DNA of 45,768 nucleotides from Candidatus Thalassarchaeaceae archaeon (lineage in GTDB: Archaea; Thermoplasmatota; Poseidoniia; Poseidoniales; Thalassarchaeaceae): the NCBI GenBank assembly GCA_030747675.1, contig JASLKH010000050.1:1-45768 (forward strand), read 5' to 3'. A model generated the notes under the pieces. The model was not told where the DNA came from. It did no database searches and was given only the letters and a program-made list of their open reading frames with translations. Both the position numbers and the translations under genes were made by a program. Of the stretch, positions 1 to 12,100 are shown piece after piece (within the stretch, counting starts at the first letter, position 1; each line of letters opens with the position of its first letter).

Positions 1-169
1 CTTTCAAACCGGCAATCGCACGAGGAACATTGCTCCGAGAAATCGCAACTGCATTTGCAATTCCCATTTGTGATAGGGCAAATGGAACTTCGACAGAATC
101 AGTATAACTTGAATAATCCCTCAAATGCAATAGTATGCGCTCTTGGACTCCCGGTTTTGGATGCAGCAT
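1..169 (-). CDS. Winged-helix/HTH DNA-binding protein, N-terminal part only (runs off the left edge)
   Basis: Manual translation from ATG at 169: MLHPKPGVQERILLHLRDYSSYTDSVEVPFALSQMGIANAVAISRSNVPRAIAGLK. SQMGIANAVAISRSNVPRAI is a typical HTH. SD-like GGAGTGA upstream. Not in the ORF track. Confidence 0.7.
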   Translation of the reverse strand, partial: MLHPKPGVQERILLHLRDYSSYTDSVEVPFALSQMGIANAVAISRSNVPRAIAGLK

Positions 170-245
170 ACACTCACTCCACTACTATGTTTCACAAGTA
201 TACCTTTCAATCTAATGGGAGTTGGCCCCTTAAGCCCCACCCCAA

Positions 246-3200
246 TTATTGTTCATCGGGGACCCATTTACTTTGTTCCGAATCCCATACCCAACCAGGA
301 TAGCCCTGAACTGCAGGTTGAGCTACTTGGGTAGTTGGTTGCGGTGCGGCTGCTTCTGCTTGAGGTGCGACTACTGTCTCACCTGACGTTGCAAGGTTTT
401 GCCCTTGCTTGGCCCAAGCATATGGATCAACTTCCACATCAGGTTCAATATCTTCGTCAGGGTAATCCTCGAATTCAACAAAGAAGAAGACGAATACACC
501 AACTAATGCCCCAATGCCAAGTAAAACAAGAACAATGATCACGATTGTCATAATTAGGCTTGACTCCTCGTCCGCACTGCCCAACTGAACAGTCGAATCT
601 TCGTTTGAAGGTTGAACTTCGCCATCATATTCGAAAACAATTTTGTTGCTACCTGATTCAAACCTGTTTGCAGGGATTTCGATTGACCAAGTTGAATCTT
701 GCTCGACTTTAGTATTTCCAAGGCGGAGGCCTCCCGAGGTTTCGGCAATGACTACTTGATCAGGTCGCCCAGTGCCACTATAAATCAGTGTATCTGATTT
801 TGAAATTTGTTCTGGACAACCGGCAGTATATTCTCCATTATCATCCCTCAATCCTGTGCAAACTGACGTGAATGCGACTCCAACAACATCAATGTCTAGA
901 GGGAAAGAAAATGCCTTTTGATTATACGTGTCTTTCGCTACAAACACAACGTTTTCCAATGTCCAATTACTCATCAGACATTGCTGCATGATCAAACACA
1001 TATTCAATGGGTTGTAATTTACCATACCTGTGGAAGAAATTAACACAACTTGGAAGTGTGAATCATCAGAACTCTGTTCTAAGTCTTGGACATACCATGT
1101 CAACCCACTCAGGCCATTGTCGTCACTGAAATATTGACTCAAGTCGATAGATACACCATCTCCACATTGGTCACCCGAGCCAACTGTTGAACCACCAGTT
1201 TGTACATCGCAATATGCGGTGATACTTCCTGGCCAAGCAGTTCCATTGAATGTAGGAATTTCATCATCTTGGTTTGGCGGATTATTGATGATTATTTCTA
1301 CTTCTGCGGCATCACTGTAATCAAATCCATCGAAGGAACGGGTTTGCACAATATAGTGCCCATTGTGTGACAATGTGCGTGTATCCCAACTAGTTTCCCA
1401 AATACCAGTGACATCATCAATTTGAGAACGTACTACTAATGAGTGGGGACCTTCAGGGACAGCAAGATACCCATCTGGACCTGGAGCTTGCATATCTAAT
1501 ATGGATATTTCAACCCGTGTAACGTCGCCGTCTGTGTCAACTGCACGTCCTCGAATTAGGGTATCGGAAGCAACTGTGATTGTCTGTCCTTCATATGGCG
1601 CAAGTAATTGGATTTGAGGTAAATCATTGTCATTATCAACATAAATTGAGATTTCGACAGGAGTACACTCGTCAACCACGAATTGGCAAAAGGCAGAATC
1701 ACTAGCCCATATTTTCAGGTCATAAGTTCCACTTGGAAGGGGAGCCACTGACCATTCAGCATTCCAATTCTGTGAACCTGGTTTTGAGAATGTATTCGAG
1801 TAACCATTCGGCTGTTGTACAGTCGCAGGGCCACTAACTTGGAACCATATTTCTTGAATATCGCTACCGAAATTTCCGTTATATGAATCAGAAGCTGTTC
1901 CACTAAATGTTACTAAACCATTTGATATCACTGTGTTATTTGTTGGTGTACTGAGCGTCAAAGTTGGAGGTTCGATATTCAACTTGATTTTGCGAGTGAC
2001 AACTGGCGAATAGTCAATACCATCAAATGAGCGGAATTGGAAAGTATAATCATTTTCTGGCCGATCACTCATGTCATACTCAAAATACCAATTTCGGAAT
2101 GGATGATTATTGTAAGTGACATCACTACCTGCGCCACTACTATCGGTGGCAAGTTTCATGTCAATCCAATCACTGGTGAATGGGTCCTTTACCTGTACTT
2201 CTTCAACAACTCCTCTCTGATCCCATTGTGCCAGAGTGTTTCGTTCAGATTGACTCATTCCATCATGACCATAAATTCCAGCCCAGATGCCATCATGTGC
2301 TGAACCTGTGAAATTTACTGTTCGTTTGAAAGAGTGCCCATCGTTCTGAGAAACAGTAATGCTAGGTTCCAAATTCTCCAATGAAATAATTTCTGAAAGC
2401 ACTCCAGTCTGACTCGTCATATTGATGCTATATCTCTTGTAGCCCTTTCCAAACTTGTAAGCTGTTACGTAGTAACGTGACATTTCTCTACTGGATGCAC
2501 CATTTTGGCAATCAGGGTCATCATTATCGAACAGAACATCGCCATCATTGTCCATGCCATCACTGCAAGAGTTTTCACCAGGATCATCAGCGTGGCGGTC
2601 TGGATTTGTCCCTCCGGGTCCGCCACCAGTCATATCCAAGTGGAAATCACTTGGCATCGATACTTCAGATGTCCATCCTTGGTCATTGGTGGTTAGGGAA
2701 TAAAGATCGTTACCACGGGCATCTTCAATCAATACGTCTGCACCACCAACACGTATTCCTGACACGAGAGTTCTGAATTTGACAATCTCCGCCTTACGGA
2801 TTTGTACAGCCCACTTAATGGGTGATGTGTCGATATAGATGTTGGATGTATCCACGCCTGTCAAGTTTGCAAATGTGAACACAGTTGAATTGTTTGTGAG
2901 CGACATTGCGAGCGGGAAATCTTGTGGCGGCCATACGCTACAAGTTGGTACCAAAACTTGTCCACCCCAATTATTCCAACTATATGCTTCAGCATCTGGC
3001 CAGGCTAATTTCACTGGATTAGTTTCATTGGACGCCGCATTTGGACTTGGGATGTTCTCCGATTGAACTGTAATACTACTCTTGGTTGCATTGTAGGTCT
3101 GTCCAACATTCTGCCAAGTATTCATTGAAAAGAATCCAAGGGTACCATATTCAGGTTGACCCTCGTAATTTGTATCGTGATTTTTGACTAAAGCCCCGGT

Positions 3201-4706
3201 CCCTGTAGCATTAAAGATATTATTTCGGACGTCAAGAATGGCTCCAATTGCCCGGATTCCGTCTCCTCCTCCACCGACTGAAATATCGTTATTCATTAGA
3301 GTAAGAGATGAACGGAAGGCATGTACTGCTGGACAAGGGAAATCACCACCCCATGCTTTCACACTGTTGCAAGTGTTTCCGTCGCTTTGTAGAATGGAAT
3401 TATGGACATGCATTCGATTCTTGGTGGGGTAAGGCACACTCCATCCACTATCCCCATAGTGGTACTCACCTGCAACAATTGGTTCTTTGGCTGTACCTGT
3501 AATTGATACTGAATCCACGGTGACATCACTTTCGCCAATTGACCAGATTCCATTCCAACCACCAATAGGGCCAATGGTCCCTCCAGTGATTGAGACGGTT
3601 GAGTCAGAAATTTGCATACCTGAACTTCCAGATGCACCTTCTGCACGGTTATTGTTGAAATCAACCCAAGCTCGATTGAATGCAGTCAATGGAGATCTTT
3701 CATCCGTTACCACATCGTTGTTTTCAACTATCAATTTGTAATCGACATTGTTGACTGTTTTCCTATTGTTGACGTCAATTCCATTGCAAGATGTTTCTAT
3801 TTGCCCATGTTTGATCTCACCAGCAGAATCATCGAATCGCATACCAAAATCACCAGACGCGATCGTAGCATGAGTTACTTCGACAAACGATTTCTCAGCC
3901 CATAGGACGTGGCGACCACCATCTTGTTCCCCACAACCCTTGTCGGTTCCAGTGAATACTGGGGCTGAAACCTTCAATGGATTTAGCGCACTTCCTGCAC
4001 CATATGCTTGAATAGCCGAACCTACAAGACTTGACTCGTCATCACCAGTAACGAATTCGCCTCCCAGAATTTCTGGACTAGCCAAGTCAAGAATTAGTAG
4101 GCTAGTTGTATTAACGCCTTCAAATTTCAGTCCAGTAAGTGTAGGGCTTGCGCCATCAAGGACTAATGCACCATATCGAACCTCTTGGATATCGGTCACA
4201 TATGTTGGTATCCCGTATGCATTCGTGATTGATACGTGATTGAATTTGGTGTAACCAATATCTACTGTATTTCGGATTAAAATTCCTTCATAGCAAGATG
4301 GATCTCGATTCCAATGTGCATTGTTAAAAATACCATAACAACTTCCGATTGCCTGAGGGTCTGCTGGATCCTGCCAATTGAATGTTACACGGCTGCTATT
4401 ACTGGCCATTCCATTGGCACCACATGCAACGTCTCCTGCACACAAGGCGCCTCGAACGTCGATGTATGTACCATTTGGAATTGTAACAGTAGTACCTGGT
4501 TGAACAATCAATTTTGCACCAGGTGGGATGATTACATCACCTGTTAAAGTGTGGCTTCCGGACCACACTTCTGTACCTGAAATTGTTCCGGCACTTGTTT
4601 CATTCGCTGCTGTAGCAGTAGGCATCATTCCAACGAGGCCTACCATTACACTAGTGAACATCAAGATTGACAGCATTAAACTCTTGTTTCGACGAGAATT
4701 TTTCAT
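246..4706 (-). CDS. Large membrane-anchored surface protein: signal peptide, right-handed beta-helix region, DxDxDG Ca-binding motif, several Ig-like domains, C-terminal TM and cytoplasmic tail
   Basis: 1517-aa ORF (track start 4799). ATG 4706 (MKNSRRNK + hydrophobic stretch, SD-like GGAAGTGGA) is the likelier start. Beta-helix-like repeats, CSDGMDNDGDVLFDNDDPDC, Ig-like starts PSITVS/PTLTLS/PQIQLL, TM IMTIVIIVLVLLGIGALVGVFVFFF. Confidence 0.75.
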   Translation of the reverse strand: MKNSRRNKSLMLSILMFTSVMVGLVGMMPTATAANETSAGTISGTEVWSGSHTLTGDVIIPPGAKLIVQPGTTVTIPNGTYIDVRGALCAGDVACGANGMASNSSRVTFNWQDPADPQAIGSCYGIFNNAHWNRDPSCYEGILIRNTVDIGYTKFNHVSITNAYGIPTYVTDIQEVRYGALVLDGASPTLTGLKFEGVNTTSLLILDLASPEILGGEFVTGDDESSLVGSAIQAYGAGSALNPLKVSAPVFTGTDKGCGEQDGGRHVLWAEKSFVEVTHATIASGDFGMRFDDSAGEIKHGQIETSCNGIDVNNRKTVNNVDYKLIVENNDVVTDERSPLTAFNRAWVDFNNNRAEGASGSSGMQISDSTVSITGGTIGPIGGWNGIWSIGESDVTVDSVSITGTAKEPIVAGEYHYGDSGWSVPYPTKNRMHVHNSILQSDGNTCNSVKAWGGDFPCPAVHAFRSSLTLMNNDISVGGGGDGIRAIGAILDVRNNIFNATGTGALVKNHDTNYEGQPEYGTLGFFSMNTWQNVGQTYNATKSSITVQSENIPSPNAASNETNPVKLAWPDAEAYSWNNWGGQVLVPTCSVWPPQDFPLAMSLTNNSTVFTFANLTGVDTSNIYIDTSPIKWAVQIRKAEIVKFRTLVSGIRVGGADVLIEDARGNDLYSLTTNDQGWTSEVSMPSDFHLDMTGGGPGGTNPDRHADDPGENSCSDGMDNDGDVLFDNDDPDCQNGASSREMSRYYVTAYKFGKGYKRYSINMTSQTGVLSEIISLENLEPSITVSQNDGHSFKRTVNFTGSAHDGIWAGIYGHDGMSQSERNTLAQWDQRGVVEEVQVKDPFTSDWIDMKLATDSSGAGSDVTYNNHPFRNWYFEYDMSDRPENDYTFQFRSFDGIDYSPVVTRKIKLNIEPPTLTLSTPTNNTVISNGLVTFSGTASDSYNGNFGSDIQEIWFQVSGPATVQQPNGYSNTFSKPGSQNWNAEWSVAPLPSGTYDLKIWASDSAFCQFVVDECTPVEISIYVDNDNDLPQIQLLAPYEGQTITVASDTLIRGRAVDTDGDVTRVEISILDMQAPGPDGYLAVPEGPHSLVVRSQIDDVTGIWETSWDTRTLSHNGHYIVQTRSFDGFDYSDAAEVEIIINNPPNQDDEIPTFNGTAWPGSITAYCDVQTGGSTVGSGDQCGDGVSIDLSQYFSDDNGLSGLTWYVQDLEQSSDDSHFQVVLISSTGMVNYNPLNMCLIMQQCLMSNWTLENVVFVAKDTYNQKAFSFPLDIDVVGVAFTSVCTGLRDDNGEYTAGCPEQISKSDTLIYSGTGRPDQVVIAETSGGLRLGNTKVEQDSTWSIEIPANRFESGSNKIVFEYDGEVQPSNEDSTVQLGSADEESSLIMTIVIIVLVLLGIGALVGVFVFFFVEFEDYPDEDIEPDVEVDPYAWAKQGQNLATSGETVVAPQAEAAAPQPTTQVAQPAVQGYPGWVWDSEQSKWVPDEQ

Positions 4707-4839
4707 AGTTCCACTTCCTAAGTTCAGACTCGGGAGAGTTACAAGGGCTATAACAGCAACGGCGTCGTGGCACAACGTTTTAGAGCATAAAAATATCAAA
4801 TAATTATTATTGTATCAATAATTAGTATCATTTTGATAC

Positions 4840-6105
4840 TTAAATATCGCCACGTATTGCGATTTCATCAGCTACAGCCCGTTCCCAAGTCAGAGCGTTG
4901 AGCGTTCCGTACCCGTATCTCGAGTGATGTGGCTGTCCTTGCAGTGCATCAGAATCACAGGAGTCTGCTAATGCGCGTTTCACCAAATCAATGTCATCTC
5001 GATCTGCATTCATCCCATTTCGGGTCAAAGCATCCCCATGCCGTTCCAATATTAAGGCAAGTGCACCCACGACAAATACAGTGGAATCACTGGTACCCGT
5101 GCTCTCAGAATACGGAACCGTTAGACTAGAATCAGATGTCGAGATTATTGCAACTCCCGGGGCGCTAACTTCGGGCTTTTGATTTGGATATTCACGTAAT
5201 TCGCCGCCTGAAATATCTGTTTCGGAGCCTTCAGCAGTTTGTTCCCAGAATATTCCACTTTCATCAATAGACCCAACAGCAATTACGCCAGCAACATTTG
5301 CTGGGACCGAAACATCAGTTACAGTAGAATCGGGGCCACCTGAATTACCCGCTGCAGCAACTACGAATACGCCATGATCAAGGGCATCGGACACGGCAGA
5401 TGCTGTTTGTGAACCCAATGGGTTATCGGGATTAGGGTCCCCACCCAGTGACAAACTGATGATGTGTGCATCCACATCCCTCCAACACCAATTAATTGCA
5501 TTTGCAATTACTGCTTCCGAACTACTTTGCCCATTTTTATCCAAAGCCGCTGCAACAAACAAATCCACATTTGGGGCGGCTCCGGTGAATTTTCCTTGTG
5601 CAACAAGAATGCCTGCCATCATCGTCCCGTGTTTGTCATCACCTCTATCTTGAATTGTGCCGTCAGCATTCGAGATGAAGTCTTTGTAACGGACCAATCG
5701 GACTTCTTCAAAATCAGGATGGTCTATGTCTATTCCTGTATCCACTATGCATACACGGATGCCTTCACCTGTGAGTCCATATTCATCTTGTAAAGTGTAA
5801 ATTTCAGAGTTTTCATATGCCCATTTGGAATCAGGTGTTAACGCATCAGCGAAGAAGCCAACTAATGATGGATAACTCAAGAACATGCCTGAAATTATAA
5901 CCAAAACCGTCAACATTCCCCACGGCTTTGGACCATCATCACGGACATTTTGAGCGGTCATTTTCCTCCATTCCTCTGCTTGCTCTGCTGTCGCACCGTA
6001 ATCTTCAGGAGGGTATCCTGGTGCATCTGCATCAATGGCAGTCAGCATCTGAGGCTCTTCCGGCTCAGGAAGATATTCCAAATGCTCGTAGGGGCCTCGG
6101 GGCAT
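4840..6105 (-). CDS. S8 (subtilisin-family) serine peptidase, N-terminally membrane anchored
   Basis: Triad motifs CIVDTGID, KHGTMMAGIL, STGTSDS; oxyanion AAAGN; one TM near the N-terminus. Start uncertain (6105, 6138 or 6165). Confidence 0.85.
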   Translation of the reverse strand: MPRGPYEHLEYLPEPEEPQMLTAIDADAPGYPPEDYGATAEQAEEWRKMTAQNVRDDGPKPWGMLTVLVIISGMFLSYPSLVGFFADALTPDSKWAYENSEIYTLQDEYGLTGEGIRVCIVDTGIDIDHPDFEEVRLVRYKDFISNADGTIQDRGDDKHGTMMAGILVAQGKFTGAAPNVDLFVAAALDKNGQSSSEAVIANAINWCWRDVDAHIISLSLGGDPNPDNPLGSQTASAVSDALDHGVFVVAAAGNSGGPDSTVTDVSVPANVAGVIAVGSIDESGIFWEQTAEGSETDISGGELREYPNQKPEVSAPGVAIISTSDSSLTVPYSESTGTSDSTVFVVGALALILERHGDALTRNGMNADRDDIDLVKRALADSCDSDALQGQPHHSRYGYGTLNALTWERAVADEIAIRGDI

Positions 6106-6195
6106 GTTAACAGGTATGAGGGATCGAATAGGGTACATCTTCCCTTCGTGTACTCCAACTCGCATAATTGCGATTCCGAGTAGTAAGTGATTGCA

Positions 6196-9100
6196 TCAGA
6201 ACGGTTGTGCTCCACGACGACCACTGAACTTCACAAACATGTAGATAATCCCTACAAACAAAAGAAGAACAACGATGCCCAGTATAAAGCTAGCCTCCTC
6301 TGGGGCTTCCTTCTGAATATTAACAGCGAATGTGACGTCATCTGGTTCACTAACTACTTGGAACCCAGTGGTGTTAATATGCAAAACGAAATTTTCACTC
6401 CCAATACCATATGGTGCAGTGTTAACAATAATTTCGAAGGATTCAGTTACACCCTTTGCGACAGGGAGGGCCTTAGAACCGACCACATCCCCGGATGCAT
6501 TCAAAATTTCTACAACGACATTGGCGGCATCAACATCACCACTGTTCTCAACATTCACAAAGAATGTGTTGTCAGAATCGGCAGCAGCGAAACCACTCTT
6601 TGAAGTATCTACGACACCCCAGTCATCTATCGAAAGGTCAGGCAATGCCGTCTTAATCTTAATCTCAAATGGTGCATAACTGGTATTATCCTTACTAGTT
6701 ACTGTAATCCATACACTAAACGACGTGTCTGGAGCATTTGTAGGCGAGTGGATGTTCAAGGAGTACATTTGTGCTGAGGATGCACCAACTGGTACGGAAA
6801 CAGCCCCCTGTACACTCCAACCTTCCAACTCAGGTGTATCGGGTATTGCACCAATCTCAAAGAAATACTGATCATCTCCATTTCCTGTGTTCTTGATTAT
6901 AAATTCATATTGATCATCAGAACCGGGTATAATTCCAAATTCTTCTGTAATGTCACTAACAACTTCAAATCCGTAAGTTTGAGGTACGCGTAGAGTTAAT
7001 TCATATTCACTGTGTGAACCATCAGAATTGGTCATTTTTATCTTCAAAGAATGTCCAAAGCTGTAAGATTGTGCCAGAGTTTGATTTGCAGGAACAATTC
7101 TCATCATTACTGTCGTTTCATTCGCCGGTGAGCCAATCCCCATAGTGTATGTACGAGTTGTTTCCCATACTTCAGCACCAGTCTCATTGGTACCATTATA
7201 GAATACTACTGTCCAATATTCTGCATCTCCACCATTGATTAATGCAGATACCGTGAATTCATCAACTGCCTGATTCCCAGTATAGTTCACAATAACCGGA
7301 ATGTCGGCTATCAAGAATTCTTCGTTTTCACCAGCAATAATCGTGAATTCATCAGTGTCGGTAGTAGATTGAGTGACATTGACGAAATTGTCACCTATTG
7401 CAAACATGACTGAATGATCAAATCTTCGATTGAAATTGACCACATAGTCGGGAGATTCAATACCCCCTCCAACAACCTCTGCAGAAAGGCCTCCAGAATA
7501 TGACATCTCCATTGCTTGCTCCATAGTGGTGAAGCTGGCTTCAACAGAATAGTCTCCAGCAGGCAGCAATAAATTGAGTGAGCCATTTGCATCAACTGTC
7601 TCGTTCCAACGCATAGTCAAACCATTTGCCATGATTAAATCAGTTGGGTTGCTAATTAGAGTCGTGTCTGACAAGTTGCGTTCAACACCGTCGAAATCAA
7701 TCCATGAGGTTTCAAGATTCAATATGCTTGCAGTGGAAAGTGTCACATTTAGTTCTCCGCCATCTGCAATTTCGGCATTCACCAACTCCATAGCAGCAAA
7801 CTTTCCTTCATTTCCGTCATAAGTCACATGCAAAACCCAAGCCCCAGGTTCTACTACTGCGGACCATGTGCCATTCCAAGTCCCATTATCAAGAACCTTC
7901 GTTGCAGACAATGATGTTCTTGCAAGTCCTGATTCAGGTAGTAAAGTAATCTCCACATCATCCGAAATTAGATTCCACTCGCTCGGAAGTGAATGAGTAA
8001 TCATTCCGCCAATCGTGACAACTCCGGCATCCATTTCCATGTCACTTGAATTTGCAGTATATCCAACCTCTATTACTGTCGAGCTTGGGCTGTATCCTTC
8101 ACGGATCGCATTTACAGTATAATTGTCACTAGTCGGGACAAATACGCTCCAAGTACCCATATTATTACTGGTCAAATTAACTGGTCCAAATGAGGGACCT
8201 GTTACTGTAACATTTGCATCGGCTATTCCTTCACCGAGATTCCACAAATCATCATTATTCAAATCCCAGAACAAATTACCTGCAATCTCAACCCACTTGT
8301 CCAATGTGATATTGACATCTGCATTTGCAGCAGCACCGGCGCTAACTGTAATTGTGTAATTCTCAAGTATCCATCGCAAATTACTGTCTGTCCGATTAAG
8401 CGAAAGTGTCCAATCTCCAGGCATTAATCGGGCTTCAATCAATCCATTTTCGTCACTGGGCCCTACTTCAAATACATCCCCAGGACGATCATCGCTGTTT
8501 GCTATGAGAGTAAAGCCACTTAATGTGGTATTACTTCCACTTTCGGATATTGAAAGATTAAATTGAGCCGATTCAGTTGTAGTCCAAACAATTCCCGATT
8601 GTTCACTGTCAATGATGATACTACCACGGTATTCTTGTGGGACATTATCTTCAGTACCATCATCTTGGATGAACCTATCGACAATAACAAACCATTCGCC
8701 TTCTGCGATATAATCAACTATTGTTCCGTTGGAATCGGTAAGTAGTGAGAAACTACGAACGCCATCAATTTCTTCAAAGTCAACGGTCCAGTTCTCCAAT
8801 GGTACATTCAACTGGTTTTCAAGCAAAATTGATGTGTGCCATTGAGGAATAAATCCGATATTTACTTCAGTACTCTCATTACCAATTAATACCGAAAATT
8901 TGCTATCTGTATTTACTGCACCAAAAGATTCGTCGCCATCGTCTAATACAGATATTATTGTACTAAATGATGTTGAGTTTGCAGGATCACTTGGATCTAG
9001 TGTAGGTGTTTCAAATATCCAATCACCAGCCTGAAGATTCATGCTAATACTACCATTGTCCCATCCTGCGTCATCCGCACTTACATTGACGGTGTACCCC

Positions 9101-12100
9101 GTCATTGAACCAATTTGAATCAAAGTGAATTCAATTGCTTGTGTTGTGCCATTGCTTACATTGCCATCAAGTGAATGATCAATGAATGGAGTCAATGTAA
9201 CATTAACTGCGTCAGGTGAGGCGATTAATGTCAGAGTGTTATTATCTGCCCCTGCTACTGAATAGTTCAATGGTTCTACATTCAGAATATCTTCATTAAT
9301 GCCGAATACCCAATTCGAGGTTTCATTATCAATCACGTAAGATACGAAATGACCATTTTGGTCAACAGGCCAATGCCAGGTAACACCTGTTTCCTCATGG
9401 TATGTTTCCAGTACGAATGGGTGTTGCCCATAACCCGGTACTTGGGAATCGTAACGACGGCCAACTTCATACAAGAATAGGTCACCTGATGCACCCCATG
9501 TGGTTTGAGGCATTAGCGGTTCACTGAGATTTTCTTCGCCTACAATGAAATGTTTGCCAATCATACGATTACCAACAATAACATGGATTGTCAGGTTCAC
9601 TTCAGCACCAAGAGGTAACTGGAATGAGAAACTTCCATTGTCATCAGTCATGGTGTCTTCAGTGATTCCACCCCATTGCACCATCACCATTTGATTCTTG
9701 TAGGGTTCAAGTTCTGTTGTTTTGTCATCGACGGGTTCATACATCACAGTACCATTGACCCATTCAGATTCAACATAATTCAGTTCAAGGTCAATGATGT
9801 CATCCTGTTCAATGAGGATTTCCTCGTACAGGATACTGTCCTCATCGAGTAAACTTGTAGCAACCCATTCACCGGTAGCCAGTTCAATGTTGTATGAACC
9901 ATTTCCATTATCTCTTGCATCAAATGAAATTGGAGCAAATTGATTAGTGAAGGTGATATTCATTCCAGAAACCAAATTCCCATTTGGACCCTTCACAGTA
10001 AATTCAACATCGTACATTGGAGGAATCATGTTAATATTGTCAGGTGTGACATTTCCAGCATTATCTGAAGTCACAATGATTGGGGATGAACGATATTCAT
10101 CAAATCCATCTTGATCCATGTCCATTGTAACAACATATTCACCTTCAAGTACGGGTCCAATTCCGAATCCGCCATCAGCACTAGTTTCAACGTAGCAAGG
10201 TGCCCAAGCAACTTCACCGCATGGCGCTGAAGCATCTTCATCTGGGGTTTCAGAATTGACTAAGTTCACACGGCCCGTAATTGCATCTCCACCCATGCTA
10301 TTTGCTTCACCCTGAATCCATGTACCCAAGAGTGTTAGTTCGATATTTTTCGCAGCAGGACTTTCCTTAGACAACGGAACTTCAAGCGGCATATGTAGAA
10401 CTGCTTCTTCTCCATTCTCAAACAATACTGCAACGTGATACTTGCCCGGAATTGCATCAACCAAATGGAACGAACCTGGGCTAACCATATCGCCACTGAA
10501 TTGGCCAGTTCCTTGGAATACACCTGTACCATTGATTGTACCATAAGACGTCAGAGATTCATCGGATGTATCCACGACAAATACGCCTGCACCAATGATA
10601 GTTTCACGATAAAGTGCAGTTGTAAACTGAGCAGTACCATTAGCTGTAAATCGACCACTAGCACCTTCAACGTGACCATCAATCAAATATGAGTCTGTAA
10701 CATTGGAATCAAGATTACAATATGTTGCATTTTCAGGCATAGTGCCATTGATACAAGTAAACGATGTAGCGTCTTCAATAGTACCAACAAATGTGCCTCG
10801 GCCATCGATGATACCCTCTCCTGTGAATGAATGGCCATTCAATATTGCACGAGTGAAATTACCTGTAAAGTCAGTCGCAGTTACCGTTCCTTCCGAAATC
10901 ATTGTTCCTGAACCAGTGAAGGTCACCTCTCCAGTTGCACTAGGGCCAAATTGACGCTCGCCCTCCACTTCTCCAGTTGAAGTGCGAATGATATATGGGT
11001 TCTGAGTAGTTTCATCCCAGATATTAGAAATTCGCAATTCCATGTTCGCTAGAGGCTGCTCACCAAAGTCGCCCTCTCCTTCCCAGAATATTGTCCCCGA
11101 TGCTCCACTAGCTTCGACGTTTACATCTGAATTCAACACAGCAACACCGTTCGAATGGCCATCTTCGCCATTCACAACTATTGTTGATTCTCCCAACCAA
11201 ATTGAACCTGATACATTCGCCAAAATACCTGTGATTGGGTTAACCTGGCGGTCTTGATTTGATTCAATTACTAAATCATCACCCCATGAATTTGCAATTT
11301 GCTGATCTGCTTGACGCATTGTATCACGAGCAGCGGTCAAATCCGAATCGCCTATGAAAGCAGATATACGAATTTTCCCAGAAGGAACTCGTACACTATA
11401 ATGTCCATTTTCATCTGCAACAGTTGTGGTTACTGGAATCCAATATGTTCGCTCATCTGAGTCGACGTCGTCTTCTCCACTGAATGCATCTCTTTCGATT
11501 AATATCTTAGCATTAGGAACAATGCCTACATCTCCGAGATTTACATCGCCTTCAAGAGTTGCACCTGAATAATATTTCAGAATCTTAACACCTGTATTGG
11601 CTGAAAGAAGTTCGTTTTGAGTTGCACCTGGAACATACCAATTAGCAAGTGCGAAATGAGGCATCATTGCACCAGGTAGTGGTTTTGCATATGTCAACGG
11701 TGTATCTGGGGTTCCAATGTAATATCGGGCATCCAGATGCTGAGCGGGTTGAGCAATTCGTTCATTAGTTGAATCCAAGCCTAATGAAGTACTTCCATAC
11801 CCTACATAAGTACGAGAAATCATGGTATTGAAGAAAGATTCTTGATGATCTACTCGCACATCAACTAACTCAATTATATCGCCACCAGTTCCAGATTGAC
11901 TAGCTAAGATATCATTCACATATTGTTCCTCGAACTCAAGACCAGTCATTTCTTGTTCTGGACGGTCGCCACGCTGTGTGATGTAAACGGTCTGAAGGTA
12001 ATTGTCTGGATCCAATCCACTCAATGTAGTAGGTGCATAGAAAATACCAGTTGGGTTACCACTGTGCAACCCTTGCTCGGCATATTGATATCCGCCAATT

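Noticed and set aside
4840-6105. Catalytically dead subtilase
   Set aside because: Asp, His, Ser and the oxyanion Asn are all present; only residues after the Ser deviate.
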